From Candidatus Nanohaloarchaea archaeon (GTDB taxonomy: Archaea; Nanohalarchaeota; Nanosalinia; Nanosalinales; Nanosalinaceae), in assembly GCA_042218325.1 (NCBI GenBank), contig JBDGRE010000023.1, forward strand, positions 1 to 57,283: a stretch of 57,283 nt of DNA. The letters are read 5' to 3'. Under the pieces are notes generated by a model. The model ran no database searches and had not been told where the DNA came from. It saw only the letters and a program-made list of their open reading frames with translations. Of the stretch, positions 47,680-57,283 are shown in pieces (position 1 is the first letter of the stretch; every line of letters starts with the position of its first letter). The position numbers and the translations under genes are program-made.

Positions 47680-47991
47680 ATGGTGCTGAGACCTGACCCT
47701 CTCGGGGCGCTCGATATTCTCGCAGGTATCCTGCTCTGGATGACAGTCTCACCGCTACCGGTGGTGCTGGCGCAAGTTCACGCGGGCTTCCTGATAGCCA
47801 AGGGCGGCGGATCCATGATAAGGGCGCGGTTCATGCCCCTGCCGGTTTTTGTTATAGGAGGGGCGGCGGACGTGATATCCGCCGCCGTACTCTTCACCGG
47901 CAAGCCCCCTGTGCTCGCGGGCTACAAGGGCTGGATAGCGGGAGCTCTTTTCCTGAAAGGTGTTTTCACACTACTCAGCTTCATGCAGTGA
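47680..47991 (+). CDS. Small membrane protein with an internal repeat
   Basis: LGALDILAGILL...LIAKG and IGGAADVISAAVL...LFLKG halves. Confidence 0.7.
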   Translation: MVLRPDPLGALDILAGILLWMTVSPLPVVLAQVHAGFLIAKGGGSMIRARFMPLPVFVIGGAADVISAAVLFTGKPPVLAGYKGWIAGALFLKGVFTLLSFMQ

Positions 47992-48133
47992 GATCTATCT
48001 CCCGGAACCGGGGCCCGTTCCAGACACTCTTCCCCTCCCCGATATCTTCCAGGACGACACTCTGGTATCCCATCGCAAGCGTTGGTTCTCCGCGCTCGGT
48101 TTATAAAGAAGTGGAGGGAGTTCCGGTATTCCG

Positions 48134-48298
48134 CTACTCGTCGCGGTACTCCCTGATAAGCTCCTCGACTATACGTTCCTTTATCGCACCGGCATCCGTC
48201 GACGCGTCTATAGACTTTTTCAGCTGCTCCAGCTCCTTGATCTTGTCCTCCTCATCAAGCTCTTCGAAGTCAGCGGGCAGTTCGGACTCTATCTCCAT
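48134..48298 (-). CDS. Small acidic helical protein
   Basis: MEIESELPADFEELDEEDKIKELEQL... Confidence 0.55.
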   Translation of the reverse strand: MEIESELPADFEELDEEDKIKELEQLKKSIDASTDAGAIKERIVEELIREYRDE

Positions 48299-48323
48299 AG
48301 AGAATAGCTGCCCGCGAATCTTT

Positions 48324-48986
48324 TTATCTGCGGCCGCCGTGCCGGCCTGAACCCCTGTTATCCTGGGAGCCCGTTTTCTCAAGGCTGTCCGCTATCCGCT
48401 CAAGAAGATCTATTATCTGGTCATTCTGTCTTTTCAGCTGGTCTATCTCCTCGGAAACATCATCTCCACCGGAACGGGAAAGACCGGCGTTCTCCAGCTC
48501 CTTCTCGGTCTGCTGGCTGAGCTGTGGGTCGCTGCTGCCGGGCTGCGGTCTCCCGGTCTGCGGGTTGGGTGAATCCTGGAGACCTGAATCCGCGCCTCCA
48601 CGGCTCCCCTGCTGCCTGTTCGGCTGTCCTCCCTGCCCGGGTCGCTGTGCTCCAGCATCTTGGCTCCGGCTGCCCTGCATCCCGGGACTGTTACCCACCT
48701 GGCCCTGAGTTCCCTGTGGCTGAGGCTGTGTTCCCTGGGGACCTGCCTGCTGGTCCGGTTGCTGTCCTTGCCGGGGAGGGTTCTGCTGGCTACCTGGTGC
48801 GTCCATACCATCGTCCAGGCCTCCCGCGTTACCGCCCTGCAGGCCGTTGCCGGGCGAGTTATCCTGGAAAGAAGAGTCGAAGTCGCTGTCTCCAAAATCG
48901 TCGTTAAGGCTTCCAGAACTTGAGGACGAGCCCGAAGAACCGGAGGAACCTGAGAGCGAATCCTTGATATCGTCCAGAACTCCCAT
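48324..48986 (-). CDS. Low-complexity Q/G/S-rich protein with short terminal helices
   Basis: MGVLDDIKDSL, then a disordered core, then IDQLKRQNDQIIDLLERIADSL coiled coil. Confidence 0.7.
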   Translation of the reverse strand: MGVLDDIKDSLSGSSGSSGSSSSSGSLNDDFGDSDFDSSFQDNSPGNGLQGGNAGGLDDGMDAPGSQQNPPRQGQQPDQQAGPQGTQPQPQGTQGQVGNSPGMQGSRSQDAGAQRPGQGGQPNRQQGSRGGADSGLQDSPNPQTGRPQPGSSDPQLSQQTEKELENAGLSRSGGDDVSEEIDQLKRQNDQIIDLLERIADSLEKTGSQDNRGSGRHGGRR

Positions 48987-49058
48987 GATGGAAGTTGTTC
49001 CGGGCCTGTTGATAAAGTTTCTCCCGCAGAAACTGTTTTTAAGTACAGTCGCGGACAA

Positions 49059-50768
49059 ATGAGTGATATGAGCGGTCACGGCGAGCCGGGAGAGACCTGC
49101 AAGTTCGGCCACGTACTCCTCGCTAACGACCACGACAATCCCGGGTCCAGCGATAGCGGCATACCGTCCAGCGTGAGAGACAGGGTGGTCAGCGGAGAGA
49201 TCAGCGACCTCGAGGAGCTTGAGGCCGCCCACAAGAACTTCGATGATATCAGCTCCCCGAAGTCACTGAGCGATCTCTGCGGTGAACCCTTCAAGAATGT
49301 CAAGGTACAGGCGAAAAGCCAGGGCTTCCCACGAGCCGCCATATTCGATGCCGCGGACAAGTGGGATGAGGACCTGGACTACAGTGTCCACAAGACCGAG
49401 GAGAAGATATTCGTGTCGCCGCAGAGCAACCTGCACGGCGAGTACATGCAGCGGAAGCAGCAGGCCGAGCAGAACGTCCGGAACACGATGCAGAACATCT
49501 CCCAGCTGACCAAGCAGAAGCACATGCTGGAACACGACATCAGGAAGCTGCGGTCCCGGGCGGAGGCTATGAGGACGGGCGACGAGAAGGAGACCACTCT
49601 CAAGGGAGACTTCATAGAGCTGGTCGACGGCGCAGGAGCCGCGGGACAGCAGGGCGGCGATGAGGCCTCGCTCAAGTTCTACCGTGACAACAATATCTAT
49701 CCGTCGATAGTGGCGGATTTCCAGGAGATGAGAGGCTTAGACGACCTGAAGGACCCGGAAGACTCCGAGTACGACGACCCGCGGCTGGACGATATACCGA
49801 ATAACGAGAAGGCTATCCTGCGGAAGAAGTGGTCGATGTACGAGAAATGGAAGGACCTGTACGGCAGCGAGGTGCAGCGGAAGCTGAAGGACCTGAAGCA
49901 GCAGCTGCGGAGCATAGAATCCTCCATCGAGCGGACGAAGGAGTGGCTCGACCCGTACGTCCGGGACATGGTGATGATTAACCAGGGCGGTCTGGAAGAC
50001 CTGAAAGCGGAAACCTCCGATTTCTACTTCGGTTTCAAGGGCACGTCAACGCAGGCGCGCCGCCTCGAGTTCATCGCTTACAGGCCGATGAAGAACGACC
50101 ACGGCAAGCTTACTGTTATCGAGGACGAATCAGAGGCGACCCACTACAGAGTCATATTTATCCACGGCATTCACGTCAACCTTGCAGGATGGGAGCAGCC
50201 ACAGAGCCCGGCGCAGGGCCCCTCTTCGTCGACCATCTTCTGGCACCCCGTGATAGTCTGCAGGCACGTCTTCGAGAACTTTTTCAAGGAGAAGATACAG
50301 CGCCAGGCCGACCTCTTCGAGCAGGTGGTGGATGAGTACAAGGGAGTGCAGAAGGGCAGCGAGGGAGAGAAACTCAGGAACGCACGGGAGGAGAAAAACA
50401 TGTCGGTGCGGGAGCTGCGCGAGAAGGTAAACGAGGAAGTAGAGGTTCCCGTCTCGTTCTCTTCCACAATCAGGAGGGTGGAGGACGGCATCGACCAGCC
50501 CGGGGAGCTGAACGAGGAGTACGGCGAGAACGAGGACGTCCTGAAAATAATAGAGGATGTGCTCGACATGGAGGAAGGTTTCGGCAGCGACACGGAGGAG
50601 GAAGATATGCACGAGGGCATCGACAGGAAGCTGCGAGAATTCACAGGGCAGGTCGACGAGTTCTACCTTCTGAGACATCAAAACCCTCTGGACGAACTCA
50701 AGAACGAGATGAAGTTCAACTTCTACTACGACTTCAAGCTTGGACTTGGCCTCTACACCATGAAGTGA
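49059..50768 (+). CDS. Uncharacterised coiled-coil protein with an inserted XRE-like HTH
   Basis: Two coiled-coil stretches; GEKLRNAREEKNMSVREL. Confidence 0.8.
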   Translation: MSDMSGHGEPGETCKFGHVLLANDHDNPGSSDSGIPSSVRDRVVSGEISDLEELEAAHKNFDDISSPKSLSDLCGEPFKNVKVQAKSQGFPRAAIFDAADKWDEDLDYSVHKTEEKIFVSPQSNLHGEYMQRKQQAEQNVRNTMQNISQLTKQKHMLEHDIRKLRSRAEAMRTGDEKETTLKGDFIELVDGAGAAGQQGGDEASLKFYRDNNIYPSIVADFQEMRGLDDLKDPEDSEYDDPRLDDIPNNEKAILRKKWSMYEKWKDLYGSEVQRKLKDLKQQLRSIESSIERTKEWLDPYVRDMVMINQGGLEDLKAETSDFYFGFKGTSTQARRLEFIAYRPMKNDHGKLTVIEDESEATHYRVIFIHGIHVNLAGWEQPQSPAQGPSSSTIFWHPVIVCRHVFENFFKEKIQRQADLFEQVVDEYKGVQKGSEGEKLRNAREEKNMSVRELREKVNEEVEVPVSFSSTIRRVEDGIDQPGELNEEYGENEDVLKIIEDVLDMEEGFGSDTEEEDMHEGIDRKLREFTGQVDEFYLLRHQNPLDELKNEMKFNFYYDFKLGLGLYTMK

Positions 50769-50834
50769 TGCCGATGAAACTGATGAAACCGGTAAAGATC
50801 TCGGAAGCGCGGAAAATCGTCGGGTGACCTTAGG

Positions 50835-53423
50835 ATGGCGTTTCTACTTGATACACTGAAGAACCTCGGAAGCGAGGAAGAAGAGGGCGGCTTTACGGAC
50901 CTGAACTACCAGATAGGTAACACCTCGGGGATGGATATCGGACAGGTGCCCGGGCCGCTCGACCAACGTATCGGGCGGATGGCGCAGATCGGCGGTTCCA
51001 TCATGGAGATACAGATAACGAACCCCGCGACGTTCCAGATCGACAGGCCAGAGCTGATGAACGTTATCGACCAGCTCGGCTTCGAGGACGTGACCCTGCA
51101 CGGAGACCCCAACATCGGGTTCACCGGCGCGTACGCGACCCGTGGCCAGGGCGTCACCGGTTACAACATCGTCCACCGGTACTTCAAGCGGTACCTCGAG
51201 CAGATGGCCTCATTCAAGGAAGAAGCGTCACAGGAGGACAAGTTCGATGTCGGCTACGTCAACATGCACGCCTCCAACGAGCAGATACCTCCGAGAGAGG
51301 AAAGGCTCGCCAGCGACGTTTCGGTCGACCCTTTCGGACAACGCATCACGAACATCAACGGTGACAAAAGCCCGAATATCTACAAGAACAGGGATTTCCT
51401 GGAGCGGCTGTTCGACTACTTCTTCCTCGAGATGGTCGAACAGCCCTGGCAGCAGTACGAGAGAACGTTCTCGGATGTCGACGAGGATTTCAGGAAGACC
51501 TGGAACCAGGCGAAGGCGCGGGAAGCAGACAAATACTTTTACGGCGAGAAAGGCGACGTGGGTTTCAAGGATAAGATATCACTTTTCCAGACCGCCGCCA
51601 GCATAGACCAGGGTGTCGAAGAGGCATTTCTTGAGAAACTCTCAGAGTATGAACTGAAGGAGGATGGTCCTATAGAGATGAATATACGGATAGACACCGA
51701 GCAAATAGGAGGCCTACCAGACACGGAACTAGACTTTACTATCCCGATAGAGACTTTAGAGGAGGTCTCAAACAATTTCACATCCGACGGAGGGCGGAGA
51801 TTATTCAGCAGCCCCGCCAGAATGTCGAGAGATTTCTATGAACTCACGGAAAGAATCGCAAATCCGCGGCCGCAGACGGGCAAACTCCCGAATGAACTGC
51901 AGGAACTGGTGGAAAATACAAACGTACGACTTAGAGAGTTGCTGGAAATAGCAAGTATTGGTTACAGGCCTAAAGAAGACTCCTTAAGAGACGCTCTCAG
52001 AAGGATGATCGAAGATATATGGGAAAAAGGGGCGCAAAGCTACGAATCCAGCAACAGCTTCCTCTCATCACGTTCCAAGCTTCAGGCGCTTGCCCGCAAT
52101 ATCGATATCCAGAACTCAACCATATACGAACAGGCAGAAGATTTCAAAGAAAGCGGTATAGAAGTCGAGGAAGCGGCAAAAGAGGCGTTTTCCGACCCGG
52201 ATAACGATAAAATCTTGAAGAACCTGACACAGGGCCGTATACGCGACGATTTCAACAAGGAGTCATCCATCTTCTTCCACATAATGCCGGCCTGGATGCA
52301 GACCGCGGACTTCGATGGCCACGAGAACCATGGGGGCTGGAGCGTGCCGAAGTTCATCTGGGAGAACATACTGAACGAGAGCATCGAAGAGAGCGATGTG
52401 ACGGACGACCCTTATTTCGAGGACTGGGACGAGTTCCAGGACTTCCTCGAGGAGAACCGTCGTAACCAGCTGAACGTTATAGCGGCGGTCGGGGCGTGCT
52501 ACATGTGGGGTCACTTCACCCAGAACAGGGACGACTTCGAGGCCAAGGCGTTCCAGCAGACCGTCAGGAAGACCGATGCGTACGAGGAACCGGAATTCGA
52601 GGGGGACAGCATACGGATGAACTGGGTGAAGTGGATGAAACGTTTCGGCCTCCATGTCAACATCGAGGCGATGTTCGGCAGTCCCGGGGAGTTAAGAAGG
52701 GTGTGGAGACCCAAGGACATCGCGATAACCTGCCATGCCATAAACAAGGAGGCAAAGAACCAGCTCGGTGATGACTGGGAGAACAACCTTGTCAAGTTCA
52801 CGATCGACATGGAACACACCGCCTCCTACGGGGTCGATCCGCTGCAGGAGCTGAAGACCCTGATAGAGGAAGAAAGACGCATGGCCAAGGTGGGAGAGAT
52901 AGATGCGGACCCGGACAAACCTCTCTCGGAAATCGTGAAGACCTACCACCTCACGAAGCCGGGATGGGAGCAGCAGTCAGGCCACCGACACGGCCCGTTC
53001 GCGCGGGGTGACAAGACGCTCTACACCTGGCTCTACGAGCTCGTGAAAAACGGGTTCGCGCGCAACGGCGAGGACGAGGCACGTATCATCTTCGAGGTCG
53101 GCGGCGAGTACAGGGAAGAGATGTACGTCATCCGGGTCGCGATGGACATGATAGAACTCGGCCTGGAGCCGAAAGAATTGGACCCGAACCGCGTGGACCC
53201 GGGCGGCGACTACGGCAGTAGGGAGGAGGCATTGATCGCGAGGTTCTTCGGCATGGACCGCGGCAACTACGACCGGGAGTGGGCCAAGATCGAGGAGCAC
53301 GCTTTCGACCCGCTCGACGGCCTGCTGGAGTCACGTGGCTTCGACGAAACTTTCTCGGGCCAGGGCGCGATAGAGCAGGGACAGGCGAGGCCCAACGAGT
53401 GGAAGAACGAGGAATACCAGTAG
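50835..53423 (+). CDS. Giant xylose-isomerase/AP2-like TIM-barrel protein with a large insertion
   Basis: TLHGDP and VNMHAS early; NIEAM, TIDMEH, YHLT, HRHGP and IFEVGG late; the halves are separated by several hundred residues. Confidence 0.7.
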   Translation: MAFLLDTLKNLGSEEEEGGFTDLNYQIGNTSGMDIGQVPGPLDQRIGRMAQIGGSIMEIQITNPATFQIDRPELMNVIDQLGFEDVTLHGDPNIGFTGAYATRGQGVTGYNIVHRYFKRYLEQMASFKEEASQEDKFDVGYVNMHASNEQIPPREERLASDVSVDPFGQRITNINGDKSPNIYKNRDFLERLFDYFFLEMVEQPWQQYERTFSDVDEDFRKTWNQAKAREADKYFYGEKGDVGFKDKISLFQTAASIDQGVEEAFLEKLSEYELKEDGPIEMNIRIDTEQIGGLPDTELDFTIPIETLEEVSNNFTSDGGRRLFSSPARMSRDFYELTERIANPRPQTGKLPNELQELVENTNVRLRELLEIASIGYRPKEDSLRDALRRMIEDIWEKGAQSYESSNSFLSSRSKLQALARNIDIQNSTIYEQAEDFKESGIEVEEAAKEAFSDPDNDKILKNLTQGRIRDDFNKESSIFFHIMPAWMQTADFDGHENHGGWSVPKFIWENILNESIEESDVTDDPYFEDWDEFQDFLEENRRNQLNVIAAVGACYMWGHFTQNRDDFEAKAFQQTVRKTDAYEEPEFEGDSIRMNWVKWMKRFGLHVNIEAMFGSPGELRRVWRPKDIAITCHAINKEAKNQLGDDWENNLVKFTIDMEHTASYGVDPLQELKTLIEEERRMAKVGEIDADPDKPLSEIVKTYHLTKPGWEQQSGHRHGPFARGDKTLYTWLYELVKNGFARNGEDEARIIFEVGGEYREEMYVIRVAMDMIELGLEPKELDPNRVDPGGDYGSREEALIARFFGMDRGNYDREWAKIEEHAFDPLDGLLESRGFDETFSGQGAIEQGQARPNEWKNEEYQ

Positions 53424-53496
53424 TTGTCACGGCTCAATAACAAAACTTGGGAAAGGTTTATAAGGTTGCGGAGAGACACAATAGTCGTGAGGTCTT

Positions 53497-54747
53497 ATGA
53501 GCGGAGCTGACAAGGTCAAGGAGATGCGCGACAAGTCGAAGGAAAGACGTATGGAGGCAGCAGAGGAGTTCGCCGACAAGCTCGTCGACAAGCTCGGCGA
53601 CAAGGTGAAATGCGTCGCCGTCTGGGGAAGCGTTCCCAAGGGAGAGCACGGCTACGACTCCGATATCGACACACTCGTCATCCTTGACGACACAAAGCTC
53701 CAGAAAGATGTCCCGAAGGACGCCAGGAAAAAGATCCGGAGGAAGGTCACGGACCTCGCGAAGGAAACAGATGACAGGATAACCATACAGTACTTCCCGT
53801 TCCTCACAGAGTTCTGGGACTCCCTCAGGAAGGGAGAGCCCCTCGCCATCGAGGCGGTCAGGAACGGCGAACCGGTCTACGACACCGGTATCTTCATGCC
53901 CGCCAAGAGACTTCTCGAGCGCGGGAAGATATCCGCGACCAGAGAGTCGGTGAAGAAGCGGCTGAAGATGGCTGCAGGTGGCTACAAGAAGGCGGAGAAG
54001 AACTTCCGCTCTTCCATCCCGCACAAGCTTGAGCAGGTCATGGCCAACGCAGGACAGGCACCCATCATGCTCGTCGGCAAACAGCCACCGGCGAAGGAGA
54101 ACGTTCCCGAGACGCTTGAGGAGATGTTCGTCGAGAAGGACATGCTCGAGGAGGAATACGTCGAGATAGCGCAGGAACTATACGACTTCGGGGACAAGGG
54201 AGAGAAGGACCCTGAAGATGTCTCGGGAGAAGAGGTCGAGGAACACCTCGAGAAGGCCGACGACTTCGTCCGCCGGATGCACAAGCTGGTATCACAGCTC
54301 GGCGCGAGGAAGAAGGTCAAGAACATAATAGACGACTACAAGAAGTTCCTGAAGGCCAACGTCGCCGCTCTCCGTGCGAAGGATATCGAGCCGCCGGAGG
54401 ACAAGGAGGAACTGCCGGAGGTCGTCGAGGAGAACCTCGACGTCGATGAAGGCCACCTCGAGATGTTCGACCGCTGGGAAGACGTGGTCGAGAAGGTCAA
54501 GGAGAAACAGCTCGACGAGGTCAACGACAAGGACCTGTACGAGCTCAAGAACGACACCAAGGAGTTCGTATCAAAGGTCGGCAAGGACATACAGGAGATG
54601 AAAGAGGACGAGGCCGAGGACATGGCCCCGGACATGGACACGTCCTCCATCGCGAAGGCCGCGGACACAGAGGACATGGTGCCTAACCTTGAGGAGAAGG
54701 CCGAGAAGGAACTGGACGAGGAAGGAGAAGACGAAGAGGAGAAGTAG
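53497..54747 (+). CDS. Pol-beta superfamily nucleotidyltransferase plus HEPN-like helical domain
   Basis: WGSVPKG...SDIDTLVILDD; helical region ending VSGEEVEEHLEKADDFVRRM; acidic tail. Confidence 0.85.
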   Translation: MSGADKVKEMRDKSKERRMEAAEEFADKLVDKLGDKVKCVAVWGSVPKGEHGYDSDIDTLVILDDTKLQKDVPKDARKKIRRKVTDLAKETDDRITIQYFPFLTEFWDSLRKGEPLAIEAVRNGEPVYDTGIFMPAKRLLERGKISATRESVKKRLKMAAGGYKKAEKNFRSSIPHKLEQVMANAGQAPIMLVGKQPPAKENVPETLEEMFVEKDMLEEEYVEIAQELYDFGDKGEKDPEDVSGEEVEEHLEKADDFVRRMHKLVSQLGARKKVKNIIDDYKKFLKANVAALRAKDIEPPEDKEELPEVVEENLDVDEGHLEMFDRWEDVVEKVKEKQLDEVNDKDLYELKNDTKEFVSKVGKDIQEMKEDEAEDMAPDMDTSSIAKAADTEDMVPNLEEKAEKELDEEGEDEEEK

Positions 54748-55200
54748 ATGCCGGATCAGACGGATATCGAGATGGTCAAGTACCCTACAGGCCGGATAAG
54801 GAGCTTTCTGACACCCGGGAGGTATGACTGGGACTCCATCGAACTTTACACCATCCTTGACGGAGTGCAGCGGGGGCTGGAGAGCATAGATGGGGAGACC
54901 CGGATAGCACCAGAGTTCTTGTACCTCGACAGCGATGGAACCTCTACGAGGGAATCCCTTGAAGGCCTTCTAGAGGCAGGAAACCAATCCCCTGTTAGAG
55001 GCTCGGCCGAGTTCCAAACCGGGCCAGTAGAGGGCGAGATAATCTACAGGGCTCACGTACCTCGCGAAACGGACGCAGCACTGGAGGCATCGTTCGCCGC
55101 ACCGGAGGGATACGAAGGCCAGGTCAGGCAGACCCTGTCCGACGCCGGATTCAGCAGCCCCACTATCCCCCGCATAACCAGGAGCGCCATAGAACACTAG
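54748..55200 (+). CDS. Hypothetical protein
   Basis: ATG directly after the NTase stop codon. Confidence 0.65.
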   Translation: MPDQTDIEMVKYPTGRIRSFLTPGRYDWDSIELYTILDGVQRGLESIDGETRIAPEFLYLDSDGTSTRESLEGLLEAGNQSPVRGSAEFQTGPVEGEIIYRAHVPRETDAALEASFAAPEGYEGQVRQTLSDAGFSSPTIPRITRSAIEH

Positions 55201-55637
55201 TCTCCCGGGAACAGATACTCGTGGATATGAGAGTGGTGCAGTTTCCATGATTTCTCCATCACACTTTCCTTCGGCACGAACTCGGGGCGGCCCTCCCACG
55301 AACCGTTTCGCTCACCGCCGACCACCTTGCCCTCGAAGAAGATGTGAACGCCACCGATACCATCTTCCGGTGTACGTATATCCAGCAGCTCCCCGACCTC
55401 GACATCGAAGCCGGTCTCCTCCTTCACTTCGCGGGCAGCCGCCTCCTTCAGGCCCTCGTAGTTGTCCAGGATACCGCCCGGCAGCTCGTGGCTTCCCGAG
55501 GACCTGATGGTAAGTATATCGTCGTTCTTACCGTGCGCCAGTACCGCCACCGACACTGGAGGCCACAGGTAGTCGCCGACGGTGCGCGCGAGCAACGGCT
55601 CGACGTATCCCTTCAGAAGCTTTCTTTTGAGAGACAT
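55197..55637 (-). CDS. NUDIX hydrolase
   Basis: LPGGILDNYEGLKEAAAREVKEETG. Confidence 0.9.
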   Translation of the reverse strand: MSLKRKLLKGYVEPLLARTVGDYLWPPVSVAVLAHGKNDDILTIRSSGSHELPGGILDNYEGLKEAAAREVKEETGFDVEVGELLDIRTPEDGIGGVHIFFEGKVVGGERNGSWEGRPEFVPKESVMEKSWKLHHSHIHEYLFPGD

Positions 55638-55804
55638 GGTAACAAAATAAGCAGAGTCGTTTAAGCCTCTACTCCTCTGTCATCTCCTTGACCTTCTTCA
55701 TCCACGGTCTATGCCAGCTTCGTTAATGCGCCTTTTAAGGAGAACCAAGGTGAACCAAACCATGGCGCACAGGTACAAAGACCGGCTAGACCGCATCCTA
55801 AACC

Positions 55805-56221
55805 CTAAAAGAATCGAAGAAACCTGCCACAGTGATTTGACCGAGAACCAGAGGGCTCAATCCATTCTCCATTCAGATGATCGTTGATACATCTATCATC
55901 TTCCTTTAGGTCGGAGTTCATCGTCTTCCCATGTCCAAATATATCAGAAACTGTGTGGAGAGTTATCGAACCAAAAAAGGATGATAAGGTAAGTAGAGAT
56001 AGCCAACCTGTGGCAACATAAAGGCCGGCAGAAATTATTAGTAATAGGCTGAACTGTATAGGCCGGTGCAAAGTCTTTCTATGTTCAAAAAACATGTCAA
56101 GGTCAGGTAGAATACCGGCTATCATACCTGTCAAAACCAAAATCAACTGTATTTCTGGAGACAGTATAGACATTAACAGCCCTAAACTCCCTCCTGCCAA
56201 AATATGGGTTGGAAGCATCAT
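55805..56221 (-). pseudogene. YdjM/LexA-binding-type membrane metal-dependent hydrolase, likely C-terminally truncated
   Basis: MMLPTH, LPDLD, HRKTLH, HTVSD; sequence looks non-coding after GEWIEP. Confidence 0.6.
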
Positions 56222-56307
56222 AATGAAAACAAATTTGCCCCATTGAAACAAATAAGTTCGGCAGTTTCCACACCCCTTAGAATTGTGGAGATGTGCAATT
56301 GCCAGTC

Positions 56308-56449
56308 CTAAAATCGAAGATTTTATTGACCTACAAAATTCGGAAAGAATTTTGGCAGGCCCCGGATTCGAAACTCGATAGAGTTTCTGTATATCCAGAA
56401 AATCCTACGGAGTTTCGATGGATTTGAACCGAAATCCCGGATTTGAACC
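56308..56449. repeat. Two tandem twin-hairpin elements plus tRNA T-arm remnants
   Basis: ct AAAATC-GAA-GATTTT attgacctac AAAATTC-GGAAA-GAATTTT gg; tc GAAACTC-GATA-GAGTTTC tgtatatcca GAAAATCC-TAC-GGAGTTTC ga; GGATTTGAACC x2. Confidence 0.75.
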
Positions 56450-56486
56450 TAGATGTAGAATTTTTCAGGAATGATGTCTCAATTAA

Positions 56487-56681
56487 TTATTGTTCGAGAC
56501 TGAATATTTCTTCGACTGAGGTATCGAAGTATTCTGCCAGTTTAAGGGCTAGTTCCAGGCTTGGGTTGTATTTACCTGTTTCTATGGCGTTGATTGTTTG
56601 TCTGGAGACATCCATTTCTGTTGCTAGTTTTTTCTGAGTTATGTCTTTCTTGGCTCTGAAAACTTTCAACTCATTCTTCAT
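56487..56681 (-). CDS. XRE family HTH transcriptional regulator
   Basis: [24 protein letters not shown]. Confidence 0.93.
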   Translation of the reverse strand: MKNELKVFRAKKDITQKKLATEMDVSRQTINAIETGKYNPSLELALKLAEYFDTSVEEIFSLEQ

Positions 56682-57133
56682 TAGTCCAGCCTCCAGAACT
56701 TTGAGTCGATTCCAAAGTTCTTGTAGTAAGCTCTGAAACCGAAGTAAAGCAAAGTAATGAATTCGATGAATAATCCTGGTGCTGACGTTATAATCTGTTC
56801 TCTACTGGCTGGTATTGTTTCTAGTGTAATTCCGAAGATCATGTGTGCGATGAATGAAAGCATTCCAAGGTTGAATATGGTCCAGAAGCTGGTCGCTGCA
56901 GCATGAGTATTAACCTTTTTCATTCTTTCATCGTTTACAGGATCATCCCGTAGAACCCGCTTCACATTCATCCAAGCAAGGTAACCAAACAGAGCTGAAA
57001 CAATCAGTGCAGCAACACCTATTTTCCAACGCCCTGCGTAAAACATTGCTGCGGAAGCCAGGAGTATTAATGGGAGTATCAGGGATGCCACTCCCAGCCT
57101 CATGATATTAAATGCGTCCTCCGCATCACTCAT
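56681..57133 (-). CDS. DUF2178-like membrane protein
   Basis: TMs flanking NDERMKKV; typical pairing with the XRE gene. Confidence 0.7.
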   Translation of the reverse strand: MSDAEDAFNIMRLGVASLILPLILLASAAMFYAGRWKIGVAALIVSALFGYLAWMNVKRVLRDDPVNDERMKKVNTHAAATSFWTIFNLGMLSFIAHMIFGITLETIPASREQIITSAPGLFIEFITLLYFGFRAYYKNFGIDSKFWRLD

Positions 57134-57283
57134 TCTTTATCACCCAACAGTATCTCTTTGATGTTTCTCTGAGTTCCTACATGGTTGTACCAGATTTGGG
57201 CCGCCGCGAAGACTGTTGCGCCGACCAAGGCGATAATCAAGTCGTCATAGAATGTGAGGAAGCCGGGTTCGCTTCCAACTCGG
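57130..57283 (-). CDS. C-terminal part of a membrane protein (start outside window)
   Basis: ...[44 protein letters not shown]; ATGA overlap with the next gene. Confidence 0.55.
   Translation of the reverse strand, partial: RVGSEPGFLTFYDDLIIALVGATVFAAAQIWYNHVGTQRNIKEILLGDKE

Noticed and set aside
47981-48073. 30-codon minus-strand ORF MGYQSVVLEDIGEGK...
   Set aside because: Too short and has no motif; cannot be supported from sequence alone.

Overview
57 kb of a halophilic archaeal chromosome. The very acidic proteins, compact gene packing, archaeal information-processing genes and CCA-less tRNAs with BHB introns point most likely to Nanohaloarchaeota (DPANN); this placement is inference. 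Housekeeping content: gatCAB, metG, valS, aRF1, ABCE1, rps17e, ftsZ, a PAN-like ATPase, trxB, msrA, dcd, nurA, tatD, AlaX and three intron-containing tRNAs (Gly-GCC, Arg-CCT, Arg-TCG). There is also a TetR/RND/S-layer-domain cluster, several broken accessory genes, and an AT-richer right edge. Most notable: (1) ftsZ is flanked upstream by five hairpins with different stems but the same UUGGGY loop, and downstream by two hairpins with C-rich loops, one containing the complementary ACCCAA. (2) A dispersed twin-hairpin mini-element with a ~10-nt spacer occurs as tRNA introns, as in-frame insertions in msrA, an MBL hydrolase and valS, and next to tRNA T-arm remnants. (3) ABCE1 has lost every Fe-S cysteine. 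(4) An uncharacterised locus encodes a coiled-coil/HTH protein, a giant split TIM-barrel metalloenzyme and a nucleotidyltransferase. (5) A YbaK-GatB-tail fusion follows gatB. All family calls come from motif recognition by eye; no database search was run.
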